A stretch of DNA of 64,000 nucleotides from contig CBDCMT010000001.1 in NCBI GenBank assembly GCA_965219095.1, positions 2,272,001-2,336,000 of the forward strand, written 5' to 3'. The first letter of the stretch is position 1. Each line of letters starts with the position of its first letter. The notes beneath the pieces are model-generated. The model was not told where the DNA came from. It saw nothing but the letters and a program-made list of their open reading frames with translations, and searched no databases. This document shows positions 13,422 to 26,009 of the stretch, in pieces. A program made the position numbers and the translations under genes. Origin of the DNA: Bdellovibrionales bacterium. Lineage in GTDB: Bacteria; Bdellovibrionota; Bdellovibrionia; Bdellovibrionales; UBA1609.

Positions 13422-14282
13422 ATGAGAAAAATAAAAAGTTTACTTCTAACAGCGACACTTTGCTTTTACTCAACGACTATATACGGAGGTGTAGCTATAA
13501 ATATTAACAGTATCCCTGGTTATTCAGAAGATGAGTTGAATAAGGTAATTATTGAAAATTTTTCAAAAGTTAATGAACACCTAATAGATTTTAACAAACA
13601 CTTGTCAGATTCAAATTGGAAATTCCAAGTAGAGGGTTCTAAAATAGTTATGTCTCGCGATAATTTATTTGTTATGACCGCAGCAACAATAGGAATAAGT
13701 GTATTTTCTCCTGTTGCAGCTGTTGCTACTTTGGCTCTACTCTCTCTAACGGGTGGCATCTCTGCTCCTTTGGAAATTATCAGTAAATTAACAGTGAGAG
13801 CGCTGGGAAAAAAAATAGATACATATCCGTTTGAAATTGAAGTGAGCGATATTGAAATGTATCGGGCAACAGGATTTTTTCAATTCAGAAATCAAAAAGA
13901 AAATCTATCTGCCAGAATCGACTGTAGTGTTGTATTCAATCTTGTTTCTGCTACTATCAAGAATTACAAAACCAAAGAAACCAAACCTTTAAAAGCAGAA
14001 TATATAATCTATTCCGACTGCAGCGGAGTAAAGTTATCACGAGGTACAGGTAAAAAACCCTATGTAAAACCAAGGCTTCTGTTTACTAAAAATGATAAAC
14101 AGAAGATCAAAGAATTGATAGATCAACTTGAATATGCATTTTATGCAGTTAATATTGATAATAAAGTTGATTTTTATAAACTTAGTAAAAAAATAGGATT
14201 GGAATGGGAATTTGAAAATGATGAACTTATGATTATGATGATACCAATTACAAACGCGTGGGAATACTATTACAAACATTAA
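13422..14282 (+). CDS. Hypothetical exported protein with internal hydrophobic segment
   Basis: 286-aa ORF with AAGGAG RBS, Sec-like signal peptide and hydrophobic stretch LFVMTAATIGISVFSPVAAVATLALLSLTGG; no family recognised. Confidence 0.75.
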   Translation: MRKIKSLLLTATLCFYSTTIYGGVAININSIPGYSEDELNKVIIENFSKVNEHLIDFNKHLSDSNWKFQVEGSKIVMSRDNLFVMTAATIGISVFSPVAAVATLALLSLTGGISAPLEIISKLTVRALGKKIDTYPFEIEVSDIEMYRATGFFQFRNQKENLSARIDCSVVFNLVSATIKNYKTKETKPLKAEYIIYSDCSGVKLSRGTGKKPYVKPRLLFTKNDKQKIKELIDQLEYAFYAVNIDNKVDFYKLSKKIGLEWEFENDELMIMMIPITNAWEYYYKH

Positions 14283-14402
14283 TTTACAAACATTAATTCG
14301 ACATTTTTTTCTAAATTATTGAAGTTTTGTGTGATGATTTAAGGAAATTTTTGCCATGAAGGTTTTCCCAATTTCAGCGTTTCCCACTACTAAAACTACA
14401 TA

Positions 14403-14472
14403 TAGTGAATACGCTTAGATTTTCCGTTCGATTCTCTAGAGAAAAAAACTGAAAACCTAAACGGAAGCACTA
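14403..14472. mobile_element. 70-bp IS630-type MITE
   Basis: Ends TAGTGAATACGCTTAGATTTTC / GAAAACCTAAACGGAAGCACTA, flanked by TA; second copy at 42657-42726. Confidence 0.8.
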
Positions 14473-14548
14473 TATATTTACCACACTTTAAAAACCCCCC
14501 TTTTTATCTTGCTAGAAAAAAGGGCTTTTGAAACACGGTTGGTATAAA

Positions 14549-15422
14549 GTAAGTCGGTCATATGACCGCCCTTGACTTCTACTGAGGAGGATATTTCTTA
14601 GATTTTAAAGGAGAAGTTTTTATTGATCTTGTTGTAAAACGGCGTTGTAAGACGTTTTCCTAAGGCCTTCCCCCGTTACAAAAGTATTAGAGAAGTTCTT
14701 AAAAGAATAATTCTTAGTTTTTTTTCGTAATTTTGATTTTTTTTGTGCTTTATTCTTTAAGAACGAAGCTCACTTGTATACTCAAAAGGCGTTTTAATAA
14801 GCATCTTATCGAGGGAGTTTCCCACAACCATTAAAATATAGTCCTTAGGATCTAATTCCACCTTCTTACAACTTTCCACAATACTGTAAAGTACTGATGC
14901 TGTTTCAGCTCCTCTCTGAGTCCTTGACCCATGAAAGTTCTTTCTTCCCATCACAGAATGTCGAATCGTTCTTTCTGTTTCATTGTTTGTCATAGGAATT
15001 TTCTCATTTTCTAAGAATAAATTTAAGCCATCCCAGTGATTAAAGCTATAGTCAATAGCCTTTTTTAACCCACTCTCAGGACGAGCTTCTCCATAAAGTT
15101 TATAATACAGATCTTGCAGAGAAAGAACTAAATCCTTTGATTCTGTTTGTCTTAAACTTTTGAGCTCTTCATAAGTTTTTGCCTTTGATTCAACTTTAAA
15201 AATCTTCCCCATAAGCTTTAATACTTTTCCACACTCCTCAGGGTAATTCTGTTCTATGTCAATAAACTTTCTTATCACTGAGACCAACAAAAAGCAAGAT
15301 CAATTCCCTTTTCACCCTTAAAGTGTGTTTTATAACTAACGTATCCATCTGTTAAAATAGGCCCCTTATAAGAGCCTAAGAGTTTTTTAATAGAACAGGC
15401 TGAACGGCTCTCACTAAAGTAA
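14549..15422 (-). mobile_element. IS66-family element type B, 3' part of tnpC, truncated by an IS3 end at 15423-15454
   Basis: GTAA terminus; TNNETERTIR and GRKNFHGS motifs in ORF 14757-15290. Confidence 0.85.
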
Positions 15423-15932
15423 TAAAAACTGTCCACTTTTTTGGGGGAAGTTCAGAGGTCATTCATGTTGATGAGACCTCTATGAGGGTTAAGGGTAAAA
15501 ACTACTGGATTCATACTTATAGTTCAGGAGAATTAGTCTTGCAGTTTCTCCACCTTTCAGGTGGAAGGGAAGCCATAAAAGATATTGGTCTCTTGGATAG
15601 ATATGGAGGAGTGCTTGTGCATGATTGTTGGAGTCCTTACTTTTGTTATGATAAGATAACTCATGCTTTGTGTGTGGCTCACCTTTTGAGAGAGCTTAAA
15701 TTTATAGAAGAAAGCAATGGATTCAAATGGGCTACAAATCTCAAAAAACTTCTTAAAGAGACTGTGGAGTTAGTTCATAAAAAAGAGTCAAGAGTTCTGA
15801 CTCAAAAAGAGTACGAAACTCTTCAGAGAAGGTATCCTGAAATCTGTTAATTTTGGTACTAGGTTTCAGGACTAAGAGCCTGTTTTTTTTCAACAGAATA
15901 CTCCTGATAAATCATAAGAACGAGTTAATTTA

Positions 15933-18748
15933 GTCGAACGTGAAAAATGCACAAACAGCTAAAAACACTTGTTTTTTTGTAATTTTTGCATAAAAATAAT
16001 TGCAAGGAAGTGGAAAAACAGATAAAAAACCTTGCAAAACAGAAAGGAAAAAAGATGAGGCCAAAAGACATGTTCAGCACACAAAAGAGAAGCCCTCTTA
16101 ATTTTAGAGTAAACGACATTGTTCATAAGAAGCATCCGCTTGTCATTTTAGCTAATAAAATAGACTGGGATCGTTTTGATAAAGATTTTGGTTCGAAGTA
16201 TGATGAAAAAAAAGGTCGTCCAGGTCTTTCAACTCGTTTAATGGTGGGACTTCAGTGCTTGAAATACATTTATAATTTAAGTGACGAGAAGACAATAGAA
16301 ATGTTCAAAGAGAGTCCTCAATGGCAGTATTTTTGTGGTCAGCCTTTTTATTCTTATGAAGATCCCTGTGATAGAAGTTCATTGACTAACTGGAGAAAGA
16401 GGATGGGGGCTGAGAAGATAGAAGTTCTCTTAGAGGAAACCATTGATTTAGCTTTGAGAGAGGGTTTTGTAAAAAAAAAAGAGTTTGAGAATGTAGTTGT
16501 TGATACAACTGTTCAAGAGAAAGCAATAGCTTTTCCTACAGACAGCCGTCTTTATTACAAAGCTTTAAAGACTTTAGTTCACAGGGCTAAAAAAGAGGGT
16601 TTAGTTTTACGTCAAAGCTATAAAAGAAAGGCCAAGGAGTGTTTGTTTAAGAATGCTCGTTATGCTCATACAAGAAAAATACGTTTAGCAAGAAAACTGA
16701 TCTTCCCCCAAAAAAGTGGACAGTTTTTATGTTCTTAAAGCCCTCCTTTGTTTAAATTCTTTTGGGCTCATGTATTTCAAGGAAGAATGCATTCTTACCT
16801 TGTTATACCAATCCATGTAAATTGCAATTTTTTTTTCCAACTCTTCCTTTGTTGTACAGTCTTTGTATTCCAGTTCATCCTTCAACGTATGGAAAAAGCT
16901 CTCCACAAACGCATTATCATAACAATTTCCTTTCCTAGACATAGATTGCTTGAGGCCAAAGAATTTCAATTCTTTTCTAAACCCTTCACAACAATATTGA
17001 ACCCCTTGATCCGAGTGGATTATCAAGCCCTCTAAGTTCCCAGAAACAGATTGGACTGCGGCTCTCAGAGCCTGTTTTGAATGAACCCCGTCCAAGCTCT
17101 CACAGAGCTTCCAAGACTTAATCTCTCGATTATAGACATCTAAAAATACAACCAAATACAGAAATTTATCTCTAAAAGGAATATAGGTTAAATCCGAACA
17201 CCATACCTGGTTTTCTTTTCCTGCTTGGCTCTGTCCTGTCTTAAACAACCGAGGAGACTTAATCATGAGAGGGTTATTCTTTGTTGTTCTAGGAACATAG
17301 GGTTTTTTCTGACGGGCACTGAGATTCTTTAGTTTCATAATTCGAGCTACTTTGTTTTCTCCAGCACTCACTCCGCAACGCTTTAATTCCCTATACACCC
17401 TGGGGGAACCATAACAGCCTTTATTTTTTTTAAAAATAGATTCTATGTTTTTCTCCAGATTTTTATCCTTTTCAAGCTTTCCCCTGGTTTTTAAAAAACT
17501 ATAAAAACCAGAACGAGATCCTCTTAATAATTCGCAAATGCGAAGCACTGGATGCCCTTTCTCTTTTACATAAAACATAGCCTTAAATCTCATTTCAGGA
17601 TTTCCTTTGAAAAAAAAGCCGCTGCCTCTTTCAATATACCTACACTCCGCCTCTCATAGACCAGCTCCTTTTTTAACCTCTTTATTTCCTCCAATGCCGA
17701 AGCCAAGTCATGGGAAGCTTGTCTTTCTACTTCAGGCTTTAGAAAACGCTTCCAAGAGCTTATCACTTGGAAATTTCTCAGTCCTAGCTTCTCTGAGGCT
17801 TCCTTTGCACCTATTTCCTCTGCCAATTCAATGGCTTGCTTTTTAAACTCTTCCGAGTACTGTTTTACTTTTTCCATTCTTTCTTTTACCTCCATTTTAT
17901 GGAGACTTTAAGAGAAAATTGACTGTCCGCAGAAACAGGGGAAGTTCAAACAGCAAAGAAAGCTTCATACTTATCTAGGTCGTGTGATAAGAGATGTTAC
18001 AAGAAAAGGAGGTCCTAAGTTCTTGGAAGAGAATACATCTTTAAAAAGATGTTTATCTTTATGTGTAAGAATTTATAACCAAAAAAGAGGGGATAAGAAC
18101 AAGGTGTATAGTGTTCATGCTCCTGAGGTTTATTGCATAGGGAAGGGCAAAGCCCATAAAAAATATGAATTTGGCAATAAGGTGAGTGTGGCAACTTCAT
18201 CAAAAAAATGCTGGGTTTTAGGGGTAAAGTCATTTGAAAAAAATGTATCAGATGTTCACAGTTTAAAGCCAGCCTTATCTCAAGTTGAATCCTTAACAAA
18301 GGTTAAGGCAAAAAATTTGTATGTAGATAAAGGTTATCGTGGCAAAGAGCATCATCCTTCGGGAGTTAATGTTCATATTGGGGGAATGAGTAAAACATTA
18401 AGTCCCTACAAAAGAAAACTTCACAGAAGAAGAAGTTCAGTTGAGGCAATCATTGGTCATATGAAAATAGATTCTCGTATGGGAAGGAACTTTTTATTAG
18501 GATCACAAGGGGATGCTATTAATAGTCTTTTATCAGGAGTTTCTCAAAATTTTAGAAAGTTAATGCTAGAGGTGCGTCTTTTTTCGTTTTTTTCACTGAA
18601 ATGGCTTAAAAGGCCTGTACGCCTTCTTGAAAACTACTGTTTTGTTTAAGTTATGAAAAAATATTTAACCCTCTATAGTAGAAAGTAACAGGAATAAAGA
18701 TCATACAGCATAAAAATCCTAGGCTTTTGTCAATTTTTCACGTTCGAC
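15933..18748 (+). mobile_element. IS5-family element; transposase split by IS3 (~16056-16697 and 17952-18649)
   Basis: IRs GTCGAACGTGAAAAA; TAATTTA duplicated on both flanks; VDTTVQEK, KGKAHKKYEFG and VDKGYRG motifs. Confidence 0.9.
16698..17948 (-). mobile_element. IS3-family element, apparently intact (orfA 17590-17895, orfB 16727-17593)
   Basis: TG...CA ends with IRs; 3-bp TSD AAC; WCSDLTY, HSDQGVQY and DNAFVESFF DDE motifs. Confidence 0.95.
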
Positions 18749-19474
18749 TAATTTAGTCTCATTGAGTTTTTTTGGAGAACTTATAACACACTGTTTTTAT
18801 AGGCCTTTTTAAAGCTATATTTTTCATAGGTGCTGTTTTTGGATTGAAATTTGATCCTGTCGTTAAGAGTTTTGAGCCATCAACAGGGAGTTGACAAAGC
18901 CCCTAAGACATAGTTCAATTTGAACTATGTCTTATAGGTATGAAGAGAAAAGAAATGGAAGCATCTATGTATATGAGATAAGCAGTTACTGGGACAAAGA
19001 AAAAAAACAATCTCGTCAGAGAAGAGTTTATTTGGGCAAGAAGAATCAATCTACGGGGAGGCTTGAAGCCAAGTTGAACAAACATCCTATAGGTTCTGTA
19101 GGTGTTGGGGGGGTGCATCTTTTGCGAGAGATCAGCAAGCAATTAAATTTAGTGAAGGTGTTAAAGAAAGTTTTTCCGAAAGAATATGAGAAGGTTCTTT
19201 ATTTGTCTTTTTTTAAAAGGAATACGATTTAGATTTGAAGTGTTTTGTTTTAGATAAAGGGTTTTACAGCCAAGAAAACATAAAAGATTTAAACAGGGAG
19301 GCTTCATCGTACATCGTCCCTATGAGCTTTAGTACGAGTCTATCCCATGCTTTATTGGGATCTGTGAGTAAGGAGCTTGATTCAATTCCCTCTTCGTTTG
19401 TATTCCGTGGTCAAGTTTATTCTTACTGCAGACGAGAAATTAAAATTGGAAAGACTCGTTGTATGGCTCATATA

Positions 19475-22143
19475 TAGTGCTTCCGTTTAGGTTTTCAGGT
19501 TCCTAAGATGGAGAAGTTATCAGTTATCAAAGTTTCTAATTTAGATCTGTGTTTTCGTATTCCTCTAAAAAATTGACTTAAACTTCCCTTGAAATCGTCA
19601 TAGTTTTCATAATATCGATTCGCCGTGACCTCTTTTTTCATAAACTTCCAAAGTCTTTCTATAGGATTTAAATTCGGTGAGTACGGAGGAAGATAAACAA
19701 GTTTTATATTCAACTCTTTCGCTAACTTCTTGACAGACTTCGATCTATTGTATCCGTCCCCATCTAAGATAAGATGAATCTCTTTTTCATCGGGATGCTT
19801 CTTGCGAATATGATGGAGCATATCACATATGGAAACATGGTTAACTGTCTTATAACTCCTGACTACCGTCTTCAAACTATTGATCTCAATAGCTCCACAA
19901 ACATTCACTCTTTTTCTCCAGCCTGAATTGGTCTTCACTTCAAACTTCTTACCCTCTCTTATCCAACCATATGAAATCGTAGGGCCCCACTCAGGATGTG
20001 TGGAATCAGCAAAGTAAACAGGACCGTCTTTCTTCTTAATTCTCTTGTATTTACGCACAAACTTTTTCTGCTCTTCTCTCTTTGCCTTACCCGGTATCGC
20101 TGTGGCTTTTTTATAAGAAAAACCAAGGCGATGGAGAAGATCAATTACACCACTTGTTGAGTACGTAACACCAAAATTCTCCTCAATGAACTGAATAACG
20201 GTCTGTGATGATGGAAAAATTCTTTTCTCTAATTCCTTTAAAAGCATTTTCTCCTCTTTCTTAGTTAAAAAGGACCTTTTAGGGTTGTAATTGTCGTTGA
20301 TTAAGCACTCTATCCCGCCTTTGTTATAACGATCTCTACAGGCTCTTATCGTGCCCTCATCAATGAAAAGAAAACGGGAAATATCTTTACACAACTCACC
20401 TTTATCTAAATGGAGAATTGTCATAATCCTTTTTCCGTACCTAAGATTTCTGGCTCCTCCCGGGAATCTGTGGGTGAAAAGTAGCTAGAAATCCCCCAAA
20501 AGAGCTCATATTAATCAAAGCAAGAGTAAGACATTCTATCTTGTATTTTTGAGTTCTTTGAGGCCCTTACTGGCCTCTATCACCTCCGGTGATTGAACTC
20601 AAAAACATTCATTTTATTTGCTTTTATTTGTTGTGTTACATTAAAATTTTAAAAAAGAAGCACCTACTTCCCAGATGCCTTAAAATGTTATTCAAAAAAA
20701 AAAAAAAAAAAGGAGGGAAGAGATGCTTTTGAAGACTATACTAAATGATTGTTTAAGATGGAAGTCTTTTGTATACGGAGACATTTATTTTTCAAAAGAT
20801 AGAAAGTCAATTAATGTTCCTATTAAGGCTCGTAAAAATGGCCAAGCTTTTTGTAGTGTTTGTAAGAAGCCCTGTTCAGTGTATGACAGCAGTAAATCAT
20901 CACGGGACTTTGAATCCCTTCCTATTTTAAGTTACAGGGTGTTTTTTGTTTATTTTGTAAGAAGAGTTAATTGTCCTTGCTGTGGGGTAAAAGTTGAGTA
21001 TTTACCTTGGGCCGATGGTAAGAAGAGTTTAACGATCTTTTACATGAAGTATTTAGCAGACTGGTGTCGTCACCTGTCTTGGAAAGAGGTTTCTTGTAAG
21101 TTTCAGGTCAGTTGGAATCAGGTCTATGCTTCGGTAGAATGGGTCGTAGAATATGGTTTAAAACAAAGGGTTTTAAAGGGAATACAAGCTATAGGTGTAG
21201 ATGAAATACAATGGAAAAAGAACCATCAGTATCTCACCTTAGTCTATGAAATAAGCAAAGAAAGTGTTCGTTTGCTATGGATAGGAGAAAAAAGAACAGA
21301 GGAGAGTTTCAACAAGTTTTTTGATTTACTAGGAGAGAAGTCAAAAGATATACAGTTTGTGTGTTCTGATATGTGGAAGCCCTATTTAAAAGTAATAAAG
21401 GAAAGGGCAAGTCAAGCTTTGAATATATTAGATCGGTTTCATATCGTAGCAAGACTCAATAAGGCTTTAGACGAAGTGAGAGCTTCAGAACACAAAAAAA
21501 TGAAAGAAGACGGGTATGAACCCCTTTTAACAAAAGCTAGATGGCCCTTGTTAAAAAATGCAGAAAATTTAAAATCTTATGAAAAAGTAAAATTAAGGCA
21601 TTTAATACAGTACAATTTAAAAAGTATCCGCTGTTATTTTTTAAAAGAAGACTTCCGACAGTTATGGACCTATGTTTCACCAACTTGGGCTGGTAAATTT
21701 ATAGACAGTTGGACGAGACGAGTCATGCTTTCAAAAATTGAACCTATGAAAAGAGAAGCAAAAACCATACGAAGACATAAGCTACTTATTCTTAATTACT
21801 TCAAGGCTAAAAAAGCCTTCTCCTCAGGGATTGTAGAGGGTTTAAACAACAAAGTAAAACTCACTATGAGAAAATCTTACGGCTTTAGAACCTCTAAAGC
21901 TATAAAAATCGCCTTATATCATAACCTTGGAAAACTGCCAGAACCTCCGGGAACCCACAGATTCTTTTGAGGAGGCAGATTTCTTTCTAAAGATAGTTCA
22001 TAGAGTAAATCTTTTCGCTCTTTTTTTGATAGAAACCCTGACATATGAAACTATTTTTAAAAATAAATGACTTTTTATCAAGGCCTTAGAATAAAAACTA
22101 GACCTCAACTCAAAAAAAACGGAAAACCTAAGCGGAAGCACTA
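19475..22143 (-). mobile_element. IS630 type A, interrupted by ISL3
   Basis: IRs TAGTGCTTCCG(T/C)TTAGGTTTTC; TA duplication; YFADSTHP and LPPYSPNLNPIERLW motifs in ORF 19495-20424. Confidence 0.93.
20452..21976 (+). mobile_element. ISL3-family element, complete (transposase 20723-21970)
   Basis: Ends GGCTCCTCC / TGAGGAGGC; 8-bp TSD AGATTTCT; zinc finger CSVC...CPCC plus DDE domain. Confidence 0.96.
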
Positions 22144-23300
22144 TATATTTGGATGAAAAGAGAAGGGTGTCTAAAAAAAATGAAATGCTATTGAAGTTGG
22201 ATTGTTTTGAGCGAAGATTTTCTAAGAAGAAATTTAGGACAAAGAAAGAGTGCGATGAGTGCATAGCAGAAACCTTAAAAAGTGCCAAGAAGCGCTTTAC
22301 AGTTGTCAAGAAAAAGGGAAGTTTTTTTATTTCGAAAGATTTGGATTATATTAAAAAGCAGATGCGAAAAATGGGTGTGTTGATTTTACTTACCGATTGC
22401 GATCAAAAGCTTTCAAAAGATGAGATCTTAGGGTTATATAGAAACAAAGATAGCATTGAAAAGATTTTTTTGTCTTTCAAGCATGATATAAATGAAAAGC
22501 GAGCGAGGACTCATTCGCTACAAACCATGAGAGGAAGTTTATTTATTAACTTTATAGCTTTAATTTTAATCTCTCACATAAACAATGTGATGAAAGAAAA
22601 GAATCTGTACAAGAAATTTTCAAAAACAGAGGTCTATAAAATTTTAGACAAATTAAAGTTCTATAAATTAGCCACAGGACAAACAAGATTAGGAGAGTTG
22701 TCCGGTAAGCAAAAGAGCCTTTATAAAGCTTTTAATGTGACTCAAGAAATCCCACACAGCTTTAAGTTGTAAAATCCCCTCCGACTAATGCGAAGCATTA
22801 CGAGGGCCGAATAAAAACCTAGTACCAAAATTAACAGATTTCAGGAAGGTATAGGAGTATTCTTACAAAAGGCTTAAAAGAGCTTCCAGAATTTCCTAAG
22901 AAAAATGGCAAGAAAGGACGAATAAAGCATACACAAGCTCAAAACCTTTGGCTGCGATTTAAAAAGTATGAAGCAGAAATACTGTGTTTTGCTAAAAGAA
23001 AGAACGTAGATCCTACTAATAACAGAGCTGAAAGAGATCTAAGAATGACTAAGGTGAAAAAGAAAGTGTCAGGGTGTTTCAGAACAGAACGAAAACTGAC
23101 AGACAGTTTTTTATCAACCCAGAAAGGGTAACTGTCAGATCATATAACGTCTATTACAACTTACGAGAGTGAGCAGTTACGGGTATTCTTCTTTAGAAGC
23201 CATCTCTATGGCTTTAAATAAAAACTTACGAGAGTGAGCAGTTACAAAGAAAGAACGTAGATCCTACTAATAACAGAACAGAGCTGAAAGAGATCTAAGA

Positions 23301-24344
23301 ACCCGAGTTTCGACTTTTTTCAGGGCTAAAGGCTCTAGCTAATATAAACAAATACCTCAGACTTTTGTAAGATTTTCTTGAAAAAGCAACTTACAAGAAA
23401 AAACACCTTGAGAGTTATAAAAAAACATACAAGGAGGTCTAAGATGTTTAATTCTAATTATATCATATCAATTTATGTTCTTGTCGATGATTTTTTAACC
23501 CCTCTCATACAGCAGCATCCAGAACTGGTTCCCAAAAATAAAGGAGGTTTTTCTTGTGCTATGTCTCCCAGCGAAATTGTCACTCTTTATCTTACTTTTC
23601 CAAAGTTCTGGCTTTAGGAATTTTAAAGCCTTTTATCAGTTTGCAGAAATCTATCTTAAACCTTATTTTCCTAAAATGTTGTCTTACTCCCGATTTGTGA
23701 ACATCAAAAAAGACATGGCTTTTTTGATGTTTCTTTTCTCGACAAGCCTTATGAGTAAAACCACCGGCATATCATTTATTGATTCTACATCGATTTTTCT
23801 TCAAAAATAAAAGAATAGGAAGAAATAAGGTGTTCTAAAAGTTAGCTAAAAAGAGGCAAAAGTAGTATGGGCTGGTTCTTCGGATTTAAACTCCATATTG
23901 TTATCAATCACCTAGGAGAACTTTTAAGTTTTACCTTAACTCCGGGAAATGTAAATGATCGAATGCTAAGTTATGGATTTATAGTAAAGGGCTGATGGGA
24001 AAACTCTTTGGGGACAGAGGTTATATTTCATCAGACCTTTTCAAAAAGCTTTTAAAGAAGGGAGTTAAGCTTATTACAAACGTCAAATTAAATATGAAGA
24101 ATAAATTGATTCCCTTATTTGACAAGTTGATGTTGAAAAAACGTTCTGTTGTGGAGGTCAGTGATTGGAGTGTTAAAAGGAGAGTTTCATCTTGAGCATT
24201 CTCGCCATCGTAGCCCACAAAACTTTGTCATCAATCTTTTAGGTACTCTCATCTCTTACTTGCTTAAAACCTAAAAAACCCTCCATTCAACTTAAAACTC
24301 AAAACAGGAGCTTCTGAACAATATATAAAAGTCGAAACTCGGGT
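23301..24344 (+). mobile_element. IS982-family element, second defective copy
   Basis: Same IRs and near-identical sequence to 5303-6343; flanks do not form a TSD. Confidence 0.9.
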
Positions 24345-24347
24345 TAG

Positions 24348-25971
24348 TAGTCTTTTATCAGGAGCTTCTCAAAATTTTAGAAAGTTAATTCTAGAGGTTG
24401 CGTCTTTTTTCGTTTTTTTCACTGAAATGGCTTAAAAGGCCTGTACGCCTTCTTGAAAACTACTGTTTTGTTTAAGTTATGAAAAAATATTTAAGAGGAT
24501 GTCCCATTTCTCGGTGGAATTCTGCTCAAAAATGGAGCAGAGTAAGAGGGCTCCCTGGTGGATTTTTAAGTCCACCTAGGGTTTAATAAATATTAGAATG
24601 AATTAAAAACTAAACGAAAGGAGCCCCAAATGAAGAATACAAAAGAAAAAATATCAATTCAAGAACTATCGGATCACAAGGAGATTCAAGATGCTGTTCA
24701 TAACTATATGAAGCATAGAATTCTTGACGTAATCTACCGGATGTTTAATGACGAAGTCACTAAGCTGTGTGGTCCACTATACAATCGAGAGAAAGAATGC
24801 ATGCGAAGTGGAAGCGATCCTGGGTCTGTTTATGCTCAAGGACAAAGAGTTTCAATTCGAAAGCCCAGAGTTAAAAAAGACGGAAAAGATATCAAACTAC
24901 AAACATACTCTGCCTTGAGAAATTACGATGTTTTCACTGAAAAGATTCAAAACCACCTCTTCCATGGAGTTTCAACAAGGGACTACGATCCTCTTTTAGA
25001 GGAGATTTCTGGTGGCACAGGAGTTAAGAAGAGTTCTGTTTCTAGAGCTTTTGTAAATTCCTCTAAGAAGGCTTTAGATGAGATAAGCTCTAAGGACTTG
25101 TCTAAGCATGAGTTTGTTTCAGTCATGATAGATGGAGTAGGCTTTGGAGATCGTACAGTGGTGGTTGCTTTAGGTATCGACGTGACGGGCAAAAAGCACA
25201 TTATAGGGTTACGAGAAGGAACTACAGAAAATTGCGAGCTGACAAAAGATCTTTTAGAGAACCTTGTTTCTAGAGGTTCAGATAAGGGCTATCTTTTTAT
25301 TATTGATGGTTCTAAAGCTCTAAGGAAGGCTATCAAGGCAGTTTGGGGAAAAAAGTCTGTTGTTCAACGTTGCATTCGTCACAAAGAAAGAAATATCCTC
25401 AATTATTTGCCAAAAGAAAGACATCAAGAGTTTCGCATTCGTTGGAAAAGACTTCATGGTTCAGTAGATTATGAATCGGCTTTGAAAGAGCATGAGGAGT
25501 TAGTTTGTTGGTTGAAACAGATCAACCATTCAGCTTTAGAATCTCTTGAAGAAGCTTGTAAGGAGACTTTGACTGTGATTCGTCTTAAAGCTACCCCCTC
25601 CTTAAAAAAGACTTTACTGTCTACAAATCCTATAGAGTCCATGTTTTCCTACACAAGGTATAGAACAGGGAGAGTTAAGAACTGGAAAAGAGGAGCAGAC
25701 CAAGTGAGTCGTTGGGCTGCTGTTACTCTCTTTGATGCTGAGAAAAGATTTAAACGAATCAGAGGCTTTATGTATTTAAAAAACTTTAAAGAAAACTTAG
25801 AAAAAATGGTTGCAAAACAAAGAAAGGTCGCTTAAACATGAAATCGCCCTCTAACTAATTCCACCGAGAAATGGGACATCCTCATGTTTAATCCTCTATA
25901 GTAGAAAGTAACAGGGATAAAGATCATACAGCATAAAAATCCTAGGCTTTTATCAATTTTTCACGTTCGAC
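24348..25971 (+). mobile_element. IS5 right-end remnant interrupted by IS256
   Basis: 24348-24494 plus 25892-25971 match 18523-18748, ending TTTTTCACGTTCGAC. Confidence 0.8.
24495..25883 (+). mobile_element. IS256-family element, apparently intact (transposase 24630-25835)
   Basis: IRs GAGGATGTCCCATTTCTCGGTGGAATT; 8-bp TSD ATATTTAA/ATGTTTAA; GVSTR, MIDG, IDGSKAL, QRCIRHK and STNPIES motifs. Confidence 0.95.
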
Positions 25972-26009
25972 TAGTTAAGCTTAGAGGCTTAGTATGCAAC
26001 AAAGCTGTT

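Larger units (their letters stand above)
15836..22845 (+). mobile_element. IS1634-family element (transposase pieces 18927-19232, 19235-19477, 22149-22772; internally deleted)
   Basis: IRs CCTGAAATCTGTTAATTTTGGTACTAGGTTT; 7-bp TSD AAGGTAT; YVYEISSYWDKEKK, LDKGFYS and YRNKDSIEKIF motifs. Confidence 0.87.
15455..23245 (+). mobile_element. IS66-family type A (5'-truncated), host of the nested IS stack
   Basis: 15455-15835 and 22853-23090 are contiguous pieces of the transposase at 36209-37054; right end GTGAGCAGTTAC at 23180 and 23245. Confidence 0.85.
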
